A stretch of DNA of 61,440 nucleotides, filler included, from Basidiobolus ranarum (taxonomy: Eukaryota): assembly GCA_040143965.1 (NCBI GenBank). It is 6 parts of 6 records of this genome, joined end to end, with 100 filler letters (N's around TTAATTAATTAA, not from the genome) between each part and the next. Parts side by side here need not be neighbours in the genome. Positions count along the whole stretch, not along the records: positions 1 to 10,182 come from JASJQH010000730.1; positions 10,283 to 20,449 come from JASJQH010000731.1; 4 more parts are not named here. One strand, given 5' to 3'. Under the pieces are notes generated by a model that saw only the letters and a program-made list of their open reading frames with translations, was not told the origin of the DNA and did not search any database. The position numbers and the translations under genes were made by a program. Positions 1 through 12,685 of this stretch are shown here, piece by piece; the stretch's first letter is position 1, and every line of letters starts with the position of its first letter.

Positions 1-976
1 CTACTATATAAGTCACCATATACTCTTAAGAATAAAGTAACTAAAACACACTATCATAAGTTGCTTCTAATACACAAAGTCTACCCCCATTATGTCAAGA
101 TCCTCCAACAAACAGGATGTAAGTTCCTTCAATTGCACATTCCTCCATAACTGATTAAGCAGTAATCAATGAAGAGTAAAAAAGAGTTTCTACCTGTGAT
201 GGGTATCCTGGGGTTCATACTTAAAGAGTTTAATTTTGTCATAATATGAAGTTAATTTTGTAGAAAACTTTAAAGTGAGCAATGGTTGGACTAAATAGTA
301 ATGGCTTATTCATATGTATAAAAATTCACTGTAGAGAGGTGAGAATTCTAGATTTAGTGCAACCACTTATTTGAGCTTGATGAAACAAATATATTTAAAG
401 TTGGCAACTTTGAGTAGAGTAGCAGTGCTTTGGATGTAAACAAAAATTGCGTTTGTAGTGCCAATATTAGATCAGCAAATTGCAAGCAGGTCCTTGATCA
501 CTTAACATGTAAATAGATCATACCATGGCAAATTGAGATGTGATTTCGGTGCAAAGCTGAGAACCATCCATCAAATCCTGAGCCATAAATCCAAAATCGA
601 AATCAATCTTTCTCAGTGGATTACTATTATTATCACACCTCTACGTACTCATACCAAAGCCGATACAAGGCCCATACCTCATCCACACCAAATTCATCGT
701 AATCAGATTCCCAACCCATATACAAATGCAGATATAAGCAATCTCAACACTACAATAGTGATTCCCAATGGATTCCAATCGATTCACAATTCATTCCAAA
801 ATCCCTTTTAATCGACTCGAAATTGTTTAGTTAGAATAGGTTACTTCACTCGAACTTTGTCTTTTCAAACGAATATCGAGGAAAAGGGATTAACGAACTT
901 TACGGGAAGAACAACACCCATTCAACCTTTAAAATTTCTCTATATTATTTACCCGATTCAAAGAGTTCCCTCTCCG

Positions 977-3900
977 ATGGAGAACTTTGATATTCAAGAA
1001 GTTCCACTCAGTCAGCCTGTTAACAAGTATAGTAGATATTTGAGAAGTATAGGAAGATGGATTTTATATCACCCCATGTCACCTGAGGTAGATGCCGATA
1101 CCGCCATGAAATACTTGTTGATAAAAACTTTTTCTCTAGTATTACTGTTTACCATGGTTGCTTGGTCCATTCAATTTGGTAGTACTCCTCAGACTCGTTA
1201 TCTTACCTTGATACCCGTACTATGTGCTACCATCCCTGTCATATTGCATCACACCAAATCCACCACCATCGCAGGAAGCCTTTTGATCGGGTGTTTAATG
1301 TTTGTCAGTGCTGTCACCATTCAAGGGGAAGGTGGTTTTAGTGTGTTAGGTGCCACATGTAGTCATGTATTTCCGTTATTAGCGGTGATGACAATAGGAC
1401 GTACGGCAGGGGTAATGGTCACATTTCTGTGTATCCTTGAGAATGTGTATTTCTATTGGAATCGGTCACTTACCTCTCACACTGTTCCAAGTGCAACTAG
1501 TGAACGTCAAGCACTTATCGTTTTGGTGGGGTACTCGATCAATATATTCTTTATATGTGCCCTGTCTATACTACATGACTTTAGTAGAACCCTCTGTACG
1601 GATGAACTGGTGGAGATCTGTGAACAGGCATTAGACGCTTCCAGAGCCAAGTCTCGATTTGTATCCCAGGTATCTCACGAACTTCGTACCCCATTATCAG
1701 CCATCTTTGGCTGGACTGAGCTTCTCTTGACCGACCCTAAGATTGCAGAGGAACCACGAGCGAGTATTAAGATGGTTCATACAGCATCTCGAAACCTACT
1801 TGCTATCTTGAATGATATATTGGATGTGAGTAAACTAGGGGCTGACAAGATGGTACTTTCTCGAGGCAAGTTTGATCTACATGAATTGGCGGTAGATACA
1901 TGTCATATTATGAGTGGACTTTCCTCCAAAAAAGGCCTGGAATTGCTGTTGGATTATCCTCGCGGGATGCCATGTTTATTTCAGGGAGATTCAGGTTGGT
2001 CATTCTTTATGTGTAGCTGGTGAGTGAGTGAATAACAGTTGTCTTTGAAACAGGGAGAATTAGACAAATATTAAGTAATTTGGTATCGAACGCAGTCAAG
2101 GTAAACTCCCCTTCTTTCCTTTGTTATGGTTGATTGACCTATTAAGCTGGAGATGTCCATCTAGTTTACGGAGAAGGGTTACATCGAGGTATCTTTCAAA
2201 GTACAGAATGAGGATGTAGATTCCACACGAATTCTCTGTCTTGTAAAAGACACGGGTAAGTAGGATTGGATTCGAACTGAATTGTGAATGTTACTTACCA
2301 GTTGTCTGTGCATAGGCATTGGGGTCCCTCATGAGGTTCAAAACAAACTCTTCAAGGAATTCAGCCAAGTCAAAGGAAGGTTAGTAGTTGTCTTCCTGAA
2401 ACACACACTCTCCCCTCCATTGACATTTCTATTATGACTAGCAACCTAGGCTATAGCACTAGAGTACAGACTGGAACCGGCCTCGGACTATTCCTTGTAA
2501 GTCATATCACATCTAATATCCAAGCATCTTCTCACTCTGTTCACTATTAGGTAAAACGTCTCACTGAACTAATGAATGGCGAAGTTTTGATTCAGTCTGA
2601 GCCCAACAAAGGTTCGGTGTTTGGTTTCTCTATTCCACTGGAGAAACAGAAGGACACCGAAGTCAACGATGATTCACAGGTCAATCCACTGCCCACCACC
2701 ACCCATTTCTTATCAGCTTTTCTTAGCAATCCCAGTCCCTTGTACGATACAGAGAACGTTTGCTCTCTGGGCTCGTTACGTCTTCATAATCGGAAATTTC
2801 TAATCTTCTCGAGAAGCAAATATTTCGAATCATTTCTGTTTAAACTTGTTCATGATTCCTGGGGTGTCTCTTCGTGCCATCTGATGACTGAGAAGCAAAA
2901 TGCCGTTTCAAACGAACGATACATCACCGCCCCTAATGAAGCAGAATTCTGTGATAGCGGCTCCATTCTATTATTTGATTTGAGTCCTGGACAAAGGCAT
3001 CTAGCATCCGAGACAAACAATGACACTAGTGTCAACGTTGAGGAATGGTTAGATATCATATGTCGTTCGTTAATTCAAAACCAACTTGAGTATTCGGATG
3101 ATGAGTCGGAAGAGCCCTTGGATCCATCCAACGATAAGCCTAAACCAACCTTGATCTTCTTCTACGCTTTCGGGCAAGCAAGCAAAGTACAAATCCCCAA
3201 TGTTATCAAACGATATTATGATGTATCTATATGTCGTAAGCCAGTTTCCGAGAGAGAGCTGATTGCACTTCTATGTGATCCTCAGCAGAATGAGCAGAAA
3301 TGGATTCTGCCTTCACGCTCTGTACATAGTAAACACCTTCCTGAGCGCCGTCTATCTGCCAGTAAACTTAAACTGCCTAAGCCTATCTTGGGTGGACAGA
3401 TTACAACTCCGCCAAAAGAGTATTTTTCGGGGGATCTTTCCCCGTTCTCTGAAGACCTGCCATCCCCCACTATCACACCCACTCCAACCCCGGAAAAAGA
3501 AAAGCGGGTCAGTATCTCTGACACGGTAGAGTATATCAACTCCAATTCTACGCCCCGAGGGTCTAACGGAAAAAAACGAAGTACGCGCAAGAGTTCGAGT
3601 CCAAGCAACGGTTCAGACCAAACACCCACCAAATTCGCGGGCAATCGATCGAAAATCTTGGTAGTTGATGATAATGCCATTAACAGGTTTATTTCTCCGA
3701 GTTTACCAAGACCATGACCATCTCCCAATGCTTATCTCTTCCTTTATTTACTTCTAGGAAACTCGCCCTCTCTCAACTCAAAAAACTGGGTGTCGATCAT
3801 GTCGACCTTGCGGCAGATGGCATCGTTGCCTGTGATATGCATAAAGAAAACAAATATGATCTTATACTAATGGATTTACAAGTAAGTCTCTTCCCCTGAA

Positions 3901-4300
3901 ATTGCTCCATTTCTGAACCCATGTTGATGGCTTTGTTCTCTAGATGCCTCGTATGGATGGCTATGAAGCTACCCGAGTTATTCGTCAGATGGAGAGTGAA
4001 TGGACATTGACGAAGCAGCCCGATGCGGAACAGCCACCGCCTGATCCCAATGGAGACAAGGGACTTGTTCCTGCTGAGCGTGAAGATTCCGGAGTAAGCC
4101 TCACAGACTCGATTCTGCTAAAGCAGTCATTCATCATCGCACTCACTGCGGATCAATCACTTGATACAGACGAAGGGCGGCAAATTGCTTTAAACCACGG
4201 TATGAACGATGTTGCGGTGAAGCCCATCTCGCTATCAGCACTCTCCGTAATGCTGGATAAGTGGATTCCGACAGTGCCATCACCCGCCGCTTCTGAATAA
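977..4300 (+). CDS. Membrane-bound hybrid histidine kinase (about 6 TM - HisKA - HATPase - degenerate receiver - receiver), multi-exon
   Basis: H-box AKSRFVSQVSHELRTPL. Hand-spliced exons give the N-box GRIRQILSNLVSNAVK|FT, G1 VKDTG|IG, F-box LFKEFSQ and G2 GTGLGLFL|VKRLTELMNG. Receiver: ILVVDDNAINR...DLILMDLQ|MPRMDGYEAT...IIALTA...KP. First ATG at 977 (ORF track starts at upstream TTG 857). Confidence 0.93.
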
Positions 4301-4720
4301 AATAGACTTATTTACAAATCATCCGAAGCATAGGATCGCTAGTATTCTACCCTCCTACCGTTCCATTTCTCTTCTCCCATTTACCCTCAACTGACCTATC
4401 TTGAGTCATACTGTACTGTCTTTCTTTGTACCATAACAAATACTTACATAAAGTTAAATTTCCAACAATCCGGTTACTTGATAATGGATGAAGTGAAGGT
4501 TGAAGGGTGTGATTCATCCCGAGTCATTCCCTTCCATTGGATTACATTCGAATATGTGTTTCGACAGAAATTGTAGCGTCTACGGAATTTTCAACAATTC
4601 AACCAATCAACAAAGTGAGAAAAAAAGTGAACAGAATTCCAATCAATCGAATGGTTCATATATATAGTAACAGCACCACTGAAGTCAACACCGGGATTTT
4701 CTTCCTTTATTTACTTCAAT

Positions 4721-5974
4721 ATGGATAACGTACCAAAAGATTTAGAAGATAAACCTGTTGCTCAAGAACAAAACATCACCCCTTGGGAAGTCGAGGGTGC
4801 TGTGGTAGATGGAAAGGCTCAAGCCATCGATTACAACAAACTCATCCAACAGTTTGGTACTCGTCATATCGACGAAACTTTATTGAATAGATTCGAGAGT
4901 TTAACCGGAAGAAAACCTCACATCTTCCTTCGTCGTGGTATCTTCTTCTCCCACCGTGAGTTGACCCAAATCTTGGATAGATATGAGAAAGGAAAGCCCT
5001 TCTTCTTGTACACCGGACGTGGACCTAGTAGTGATAATATGCATCTTGGACATATGGTACCCTTTGTATTCTGTCAATGGCTTCAAGAAGTGTTTGACGT
5101 GCCATTGGTGATCCAACTTACCGATGACGAGAAGTTCTTATTTAAAGTGAACTTAAAGGCTGAACAATGTCAAGAATACGCCTTTAATAATGCCAAGGAT
5201 ATCGTCGCCTGTGGTTTTAACTTGGAGAAAACCTTTATATTCTCTAACTTTGATTACGTAGGAGGTGCTTTCTATAAGAATGTGGTGAAGATCTCTCGTT
5301 CCATCACCGCTAGTTCATCTAAGGCTGCTTTCGGTTTCACTGATAGTGACTGTATCGGAAAACTTCACTTTGTTTCTATCCAAGCTGCACCCTCTTTCTC
5401 CAACAGTTTCCCACAGATATTTGGTGAAAAGCACGATATCCCTTGTTTGATTCCTTGTGCTATCGATCAAGACCCATATTTCCGGTTAACCAGAGATGTG
5501 GCTCACAAGTTGAAATACCCCAAGCCATCCCTTATCCATGCCAAGTTCTTCCCAGCTCTACAAGGTTCTCAAACCAAGATGAGTGCCTCCATCGATTCTT
5601 CCGCCATCTTTATGAATGATACACCCAACAAGATCAAAAATAAGATCAACCGTTACGCCTATTCAGGTGGTGGAGACACCTTGGAACTTCATCAACAAAA
5701 TGGTGGTAACCCAGATATCGATGTTGCTTATCAATATCTTTCCTTCTTCCTTGAAGATGACGAAGAACTTGCTCAGTTACATCAATCCTATAAGGATGGT
5801 ACTTTGACCACTGGTGCTATGAAGGCTAGATGTATTCAAGTTCTTCAAGCTTTCGTCGCTGGCTTCCAAGAGCGTCGTAGCAAAGTTACTGATGAACTTG
5901 TTAAGCAATTCATGGATCCTACACGTAAAATTGATTACCTACCTAAAAAGAATCAATCTGAAGTGAAAAATTGA
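4721..5974 (+). CDS. WRS1: Cytoplasmic tryptophanyl-tRNA synthetase (intronless)
   Basis: 417-aa ORF with [12 protein letters not shown] (HIGH motif), [11 protein letters not shown] and KMSAS. Confidence 0.97.
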   Translation: MDNVPKDLEDKPVAQEQNITPWEVEGAVVDGKAQAIDYNKLIQQFGTRHIDETLLNRFESLTGRKPHIFLRRGIFFSHRELTQILDRYEKGKPFFLYTGRGPSSDNMHLGHMVPFVFCQWLQEVFDVPLVIQLTDDEKFLFKVNLKAEQCQEYAFNNAKDIVACGFNLEKTFIFSNFDYVGGAFYKNVVKISRSITASSSKAAFGFTDSDCIGKLHFVSIQAAPSFSNSFPQIFGEKHDIPCLIPCAIDQDPYFRLTRDVAHKLKYPKPSLIHAKFFPALQGSQTKMSASIDSSAIFMNDTPNKIKNKINRYAYSGGGDTLELHQQNGGNPDIDVAYQYLSFFLEDDEELAQLHQSYKDGTLTTGAMKARCIQVLQAFVAGFQERRSKVTDELVKQFMDPTRKIDYLPKKNQSEVKN

Positions 5975-6218
5975 ATGGAATTATTGGAAACTAATTAAAT
6001 CATAATTTACATAGTTAAAGTGATTAGTGTACATATATATATATTCATGTTATTAATGTGTTACGTTGGATAGGAAATGGAATTGACTAATTGTTTGTGG
6101 AAAAGGGACTCCATTTCGCTCCACCCTAAATTAAGAGATCCTTTGCACATTTGTTTACATTATCTATTATGATAGTTGATTTATAAAGAAAGTAACGTGT
6201 ATCAATTTTCACGGCTTA

Positions 6219-8290
6219 ATGGTAAAAGGACGTATGAAACAACGTCATATAACCCGCAAAACAGCTGTAGTCCAACAAGATTACTCAGAATTAGAGAGTA
6301 GTTGGCGTTACCTTAAAGCCACACCCAACAAACCCAAGTTTATCAGTTCAACCCCAACCACACATAATAACCCTCCCAAGGAACCTTTAACCTTTGCCAC
6401 TACTGACACTAAAAGAACCTTCAATATTACGGAAACTACTTTGAAACTTCCTTATTCAACTCCTATTAGAACTAATGTATCCACTAGTATTCAATCGGTT
6501 ACCACTTCGGAGAACGGTTCCACTCTGAAAGCTCGTATTAACCCTTCTTTGCACGAAAATCTTTTGCTTTTTCCAAATTATAACGGCAACTTTATCTCAC
6601 CAAGTATATCTAAACCTTACAGTCCTTCGTTAGAAAACAATTCGAAAGGGAAAAATCTTCAACCAGAAGTCCCCTTTAAGAAACCACTTATCACGTTGAA
6701 ACCCTCGAAACCTATACAAGAGAAGTGGTCGGAAAAAATTCCAGTGAAGAATTCCACGGTAAAGGAATCCAAAGTAACTACACTCCCAGTCAAAGAAAAG
6801 AGATCCTCAGTTGAAATTAGAATATCTAATGTTAACAAACTATTGTCAAATATGATATCTCGTCAAAAAGAACGTTATCAAGAGAATTCGCAACTGTCTA
6901 CTAAAAGTTCACTGTTGACCAGTCAACCACCTCTTACTCATGACACTGCCCGAGATGTAAACAGCACTCCTGATAGTTATATCAGTAAGGTGAAGCATGC
7001 GATTCCTACTCCAAAGAAACATTCCTCATTAGAGAAAAAGGCCTCATTTTCATTGTCTTCAGAAAACCACCTACATCCCGATACATCCAAGCATACCATC
7101 GATCCTATAGCAACTGAAGTTAAGGAGGATACTGTACAATATAGTGATATAGAGACCCTTTCGGAAGCAAAGATGGAAGGGGAGTTGAATAGCATGTCCT
7201 CCTCGGATCTGGAGGATTCAAACATTCGCAACTATAGAAACATACTATATCAAAGGTATCGCATACAAGGAAGTGCCCATGGATTAGAGAGTGAAGAAAG
7301 TACGTATGGAGTGGAGAATGAAAACACCCATCCGATAACAGAAAAGAATAGTCACGATGAAGACAAGAGCACTCAAAGCTTGGCTATGACTAATGTGACT
7401 ATCAAGTCAAAGAGTCCAGATGTATCTTTGGAGAACACCAATCAATACCGCAACTCAACACTCTTGGATATAAGCACAAACATCTCAAATACTGACAAGA
7501 TATCAGACTCGGAATCAGTTGGAAAATCACCTCAGCAGATAGTACAGGCTGAAGAATCGATAAATAGGACCGGGACAATGGAACTACAGGTGGAGGAACC
7601 TACCATTTTGATAGACAGTTCATTCAACAAACCCTCAAGTAAAGAACCGTCAGAATTACAAACCTCCACGACATGTATGGATAACAGTGAAACATTCGTG
7701 TTTTTACAAACACTCAATATGACTGCAGAAGGGCTTTCAAAGGGGCTTGGCACTATACGAGCTGCTTATAACAGCTCTAACAGCCTATTGAAATACTTGG
7801 CTAGACGAGATTACGAGAAACTCCTTTTATTTCTGGCCACCAGCCGTTACTATGATGTACTGTTGAAAGAGCGAGAAATGGTTGTTGGTAGCAGCTTGGC
7901 TAAAATCTTGGAAAGATTGCTGTACAGGTATTTGTCCCGTCTTTGTATCTTTCTGTGTATATGTATATTTAAATAGCCTGGTCATGTAGGGAGGGGCTGA
8001 TCTCTGATGAATATTCGTCACATAACTTACATCCGCAACAGAGTGTGACATATGCAACGAACGAACTCGATGGCGTTGACGAGCAAGGGCATAACATCAC
8101 ATCACTTTCATCGCAAGATGCTTCTACCCATGTTGATAGAAGAGATAATTTAATGAGGGAAATCGAACGAGGACTAATGGAAGAACGAATACACTCTCGT
8201 CAAATGGAAGCCAGGCTGGTGAAACAAATAGAAATACTAGAACTGATGAGAGAGCGCGCTCGTCTCCGTCGACACGACCGAAACTCTTGA
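6219..8290 (+). CDS. Hypothetical protein, long S/T/K-rich disordered N-terminus and helical/coiled-coil C-terminus, 2 exons
   Basis: The 585-aa ORF joins ORF 8045..8290 in frame through a GT-AG intron at about 7928-7989 (LLYR|EGLISDEY...). No recognised domain. Confidence 0.7.
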
Positions 8291-8518
8291 ACTATGTAAT
8301 ATATAATATCCATATTTGTTCTGGAATGTACAGAACTTGAATAAAGTATTATTGATCCAAAGTATTGAATTGAATGGATATTAAACTATGGTTTAATAAT
8401 AATGTTTGCGAACTATTAGGATTACATGAACTGTCTAAGAGAGAAAGAAAATGAGAAGAAAGACTATGGTTCGAGCAGTCCCATATATATGTATATAGAA
8501 TATGTAGTATAATGTGAA

Positions 8519-8916
8519 TTAAGAGCTGCCGAAAATTGAGCCCCAGATAGACTGAATTAAGCCTGGCTGGGCGGCTTTCTTGGCAGCTGCCTCAGCTTCA
8601 GCGGCCAAGTCTCTCTCCAAGTCACCGACATACAAGTCCTCCAACATCTGAACGGCCTCTTCAGAGTGACCAATTTCATCGAAAGGTTCGGTGGCATCGC
8701 CACCGGCACATTCGGTAATTACTTCACCACCACCGGGATGCTTTAAAATAGAAGTTGATGTTAGAAGCTACCAAGAGAATAATTACTATTATGAAGGTTG
8801 AAACTAACATCGTCGAGGAATTTGGTGCAATCATAAACCTTGCCGTTAATGATACACCAGCAATCGTCGTCCTTGTTGTGAAGACTAACTTCAGCAGCGG
8901 TAATAGTTTTGACCAT
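8519..8916 (-). CDS. CYB5: Cytochrome b5
   Basis: Spliced product (intron 8741-8808): MVKTITAAEVSLHNKDDDCWCIINGKVYDCTKFLDD|HPGGGEVITECAGGDATEPFDEIGHSEEA... Both heme-ligand histidines (HPGG, GHS) are present. Confidence 0.93.
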
Positions 8917-10030
8917 GGTTGAGTGGAAGGAAAGAGGAGGGAGAATGGAGTAAACAAAGAGTTCAGATCTGGGGTCTGCTTTAAGTTCTTCTCACGAAAT
9001 AGCACGTTTAGAACCCGAGTAAGTAAATTTTTCCTCCAGCCATAGAAATTTGAGTGGGGTAGGTATGATAGTCTTGGAATAATTGAAAAGAAATTCTAAT
9101 GCAGTTTGATTGATCTACGATAGCCGCTGCATTTCTTTTAGATTGCCAAATTCAACTTCTGATATGTAATCGAGTTCGTGACTAATAAGCGTGGCCGTTG
9201 ATACCTGAGATCCATTGGCTCAAGGTATATTTAGATGTTGATAAGGATGGGACCAAACAAACAAATCTATTCAAGATTCAACCAATTCTAGGATATCTTA
9301 TTCTATGATGCCCGATACCAACGAGTCATATTGACCTGCCCAACAATATATATATTGTATTCAGTGAATATTGATGCAATTCTTCTGTTTTAACTGCCTT
9401 GTGATAGCGACTGTTTTGATGGAATAAATATTACCAAGTTCTATCTGCATTTTCTATATATTTCTCACCGTTTATAAGGTCAATATCACAATGCAGCATG
9501 CATGTAATTACTATTGAAGTGAATATCTCAAAGTTATTTAGATTGACTTTTAAGTTCCAATGTCCACTTTGTCAATTACTCATTAAAACTCATTGATCCC
9601 CAATTGCTTCTTTGATTTTCAAGCAAGTGATATTTGACTTGATATATATAATAGTACTAACTAATTTAGCTGGGAAGTATGAAATATTCAGTTGTAAAGA
9701 ATCTGATTTATAGCTAATATAATAATGATAACTTCATTGATGCTGCTTTACCTGGCCTACCCAAACTGAAATCCAAGTTTAAAGCTCATCACTTCCAACT
9801 AATTGGAAATTTATATCAATGTAAAATCTCAGTTCCAATACTGATAGAAGCAATCTCCATTGTTCATGTGATGTATGATTGAGTACTAAGATGGAAATAT
9901 CTGGCAAAGTAGTAGTCATTGGCAGCAAAATGTTGGTATATGACTTGTATCAGCCTGTGGATTCTAATATACAGTATGTCAAAGTTCAATCCACTATAAT
10001 TAGAATTTTTTACTTACTAAATATTTGTTT

Positions 10031-10113
10031 AGTTGAAATTAGCACTGTCTAAGCACCTATATAGTCATATATGTTGAAATTAGCATTGCCTAAACACCTA
10101 TATAGTCATATAT
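10031..10113. repeat. Imperfect tandem duplication of a 41-bp unit near a contig end, possibly an LTR edge
   Basis: GTTGAAATTAGCACTGTCTAAGCACCTATATAGTCATATAT is followed by GTTGAAATTAGCATTGCCTAAACACCTATATAGTCATATAT. The second copy begins TGTTGAAAT, resembling an LTR start. Confidence 0.6.
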
Positions 10114-10182
10114 AGCTTAGTACTTAGTTATCTTATATTGAACTAAGATATTATCCATTATTCTCATAAGGAATTTACTTAG

Positions 10183-10282
10183 NNNNNNNNNNNNNNNNNN
10201 NNNNNNNNNNNNNNNNNNNNNNNNNNTTAATTAATTAANNNNNNNNNNNNNNNNNNNNNNNNNNNNNNNNNNNNNNNNNNNN
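10183..10282. other. Artificial contig linker
   Basis: N44-TTAATTAATTAA-N44, with stops in all six frames. Confidence 0.99.
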
Positions 10283-10829
10283 CCCATTTCGACTGAGGTC
10301 AGCGCTACTTTTAAGAGTTGTGATAACGAACCCTCAATGGTAAGAGATAGTAGATTGAATAATTACTTGATATATCTTAATCAATGGAGCTAATGAGTAT
10401 ATAGAGGACTCGGTATAGACAAAGAGAACACAAAGAACACGGCATTAGTCGCCCAGATTCAATCAGCTCCACTTCATCAATCAATAGAAAATACAATCCC
10501 GCTTCACTTACGGCATCTCGCGATGAAGGAGGGAGTAATATAAACGCTCCAGTTATTTATGATGAGATATTCACCTCTCCCTCTACCTCCTCTACGCTCT
10601 CAAGCTCTAATACTTTATCGACTACTTCTGATGAGATGGAAGACTGGAACCTGAGACCCCCACCTGTAAGTAGTCGAGTGAAATGCTCGTTCTATACAGT
10701 CGGTATTCAATATATCCATACTTTTTATAGATGCCATTTCTGACTCCGAATCAGTTATGGTTTGGAAGAAGTACGCAGACAATTGTCACCCTCACAGATG
10801 TCAATGGGAAATTTATCTATGGGAAGTAA
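10283..10829 (+). CDS. 3' end of an unknown Ser/Thr-rich protein gene, truncated by the contig start
   Basis: Three exons join in frame via GT-AG introns: ...SCDNEPSM|RTRYRQ...EDWNLRPPP|MPFLTPNQLWFGRSTQTIVTLTDVNGKFIYGK*. Confidence 0.55.
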
Positions 10830-12685
10830 GGAGAGCTATGTAACAGAATTAGACGGCAACTCCATCACCATTTATTTTCTCTTCTAACATCGCATGAATG
10901 CATAGCCCTGCCAGTATATTTTAATCTTGTATTTTATCTTCCGCCTAACTGTTAATATTTCTGAGCTTCATTCACTCTAATTTCCTCTTTATCAGGGATA
11001 TCTTGTGTGTTGTATCTTACTAGAAGAGTACTTCTACACTGATAAGACTTTGGGAAGCATCAATTATTATGTGTATTTACCTCACTACTCATGGGATAGT
11101 TTGGCACTGCTTTATCTAAGTTTGCACTTGTGTACTTGAGCTAGTGTCCCCCCCCCATTTGACAAATCCTTTACTATTACCTATAACTGACTACTCTAAT
11201 TCATCTAACTCATTTTTGCTAAGCGTTTAGGCCAGACCTAAAAAAAGTACACATTTAAAAATAAAAGTAAAAGCAGATTTCCCAAATAACTCTGCCCTCT
11301 CACTTGAAGCATTGGGAAATCTCTCAACAGTGACTCTTCTTCACATAACCCATCATTACCTCAGCGTAAATCCGGATTTCTAACAAATACAAAACTATAG
11401 CTAGTGTAGCCAACATAGCTCAAAAGCATCCCAAGAACAACTGCACCATACTCCTTGTAATTTTCTAGGTAGAAAGAAATACTAGTCTAAATGCACTTGA
11501 ATGTACCAGATTTACAATGGATAAACCCTTACATCGAACATCAATATGTGCAGCATTTATGTTCAGTAATTTCCCTTTGCTTTGTGGTTGGATTTCAACT
11601 TGAAAAGAGAGCACAGTGAATACCAGTCAATTGTAGCGATTAAGGTTTGGCCCTTCATACGATGATAGTATAATTGAATACACGAGAAATTTCTTCGAAG
11701 CATATTCAATTACTCGTTGACGTAGCATGCAACGCCTCCAGTAAATATTGGTTGCGTATAATCATGTGATTGGTGTACCGATTCCTTTGAGATTATTAAT
11801 TTGTTAAATTCACATACAACATCAGCATATATGAATCCATGCAAGCAAGATTAATTTTAGATTTTATTACTCCACCTCCTTGTTCATGCGGATCATATAT
11901 CAAACTGATCCAGTGATTTTCGGAGTGGCCAAAATCGGCTCGGCCTCAAATAGAGAACGAATTCAAGTAACGTTAGGAAATGTAAATGGATTACCTTGGG
12001 AGTAAATATCAAATAAAACCAAGTTTTGAAAAGCAAATCAAGAAAGAAAATGAAAGGGAGCCCGAATACTACAAAGATACTTTCTCTTTCTACACCAAAA
12101 CACAAAGAGAAGTGGGAATGAATTCGGTAAACAAATGACATAAATAAAAATTCGATTGAAGGTAGAAACGTGTTAAAGACATTAAGTTAGTGTATGGGTG
12201 GGATGGAAAGTGCTTGGGTACTTTGGATGGTTCCCGGTTTCCCTTTATCATGTTTGTTCCTTACAAATAAAAAGATTACAGTAGACAAAAAGAATTCGAT
12301 GGCCTTCCGTTTTCTTGGGGGTTTTATGGGTAGCCTCCGCCGGTGGATAAAGTGAGTGATGGTTGCGAGTAGGTTAAGAAATGAATCCACTACTATTCCG
12401 CGTATAGAATGGATGTTTGTTGCACTCCCTTCAGATTTCTATAACCATGTATAGATTGAAATAGAGAGATCAACGTAAAAATAGCATGAAAAATGAAGCA
12501 AAACTGTTGGTTGAATAGATTAGCAGAAAAATGGGAACAGTAGATAATAATAAAAATCTCAAGTCTCCTAAATTAACAACTAAAGGAGAGAAATAGGGTA
12601 TGGGGTATAAAGGCTGTGGGTATGAAATTGCGATTCGGAAGAATCCATAGAGCAAAAAAGTTGTTGTTGATCGGTTAATCAAAAT

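Noticed and set aside
977-1620. Histidine kinase as an ethylene or cytokinin receptor
   Set aside because: No three-helix copper-binding CGxxH pattern followed by a GAF domain, and no extracellular CHASE loop.
11530-11660. In-frame TGA (11627-11629, minus strand) as selenocysteine
   Set aside because: No selenoprotein-like context, no coherent ORF and no SECIS recognised.
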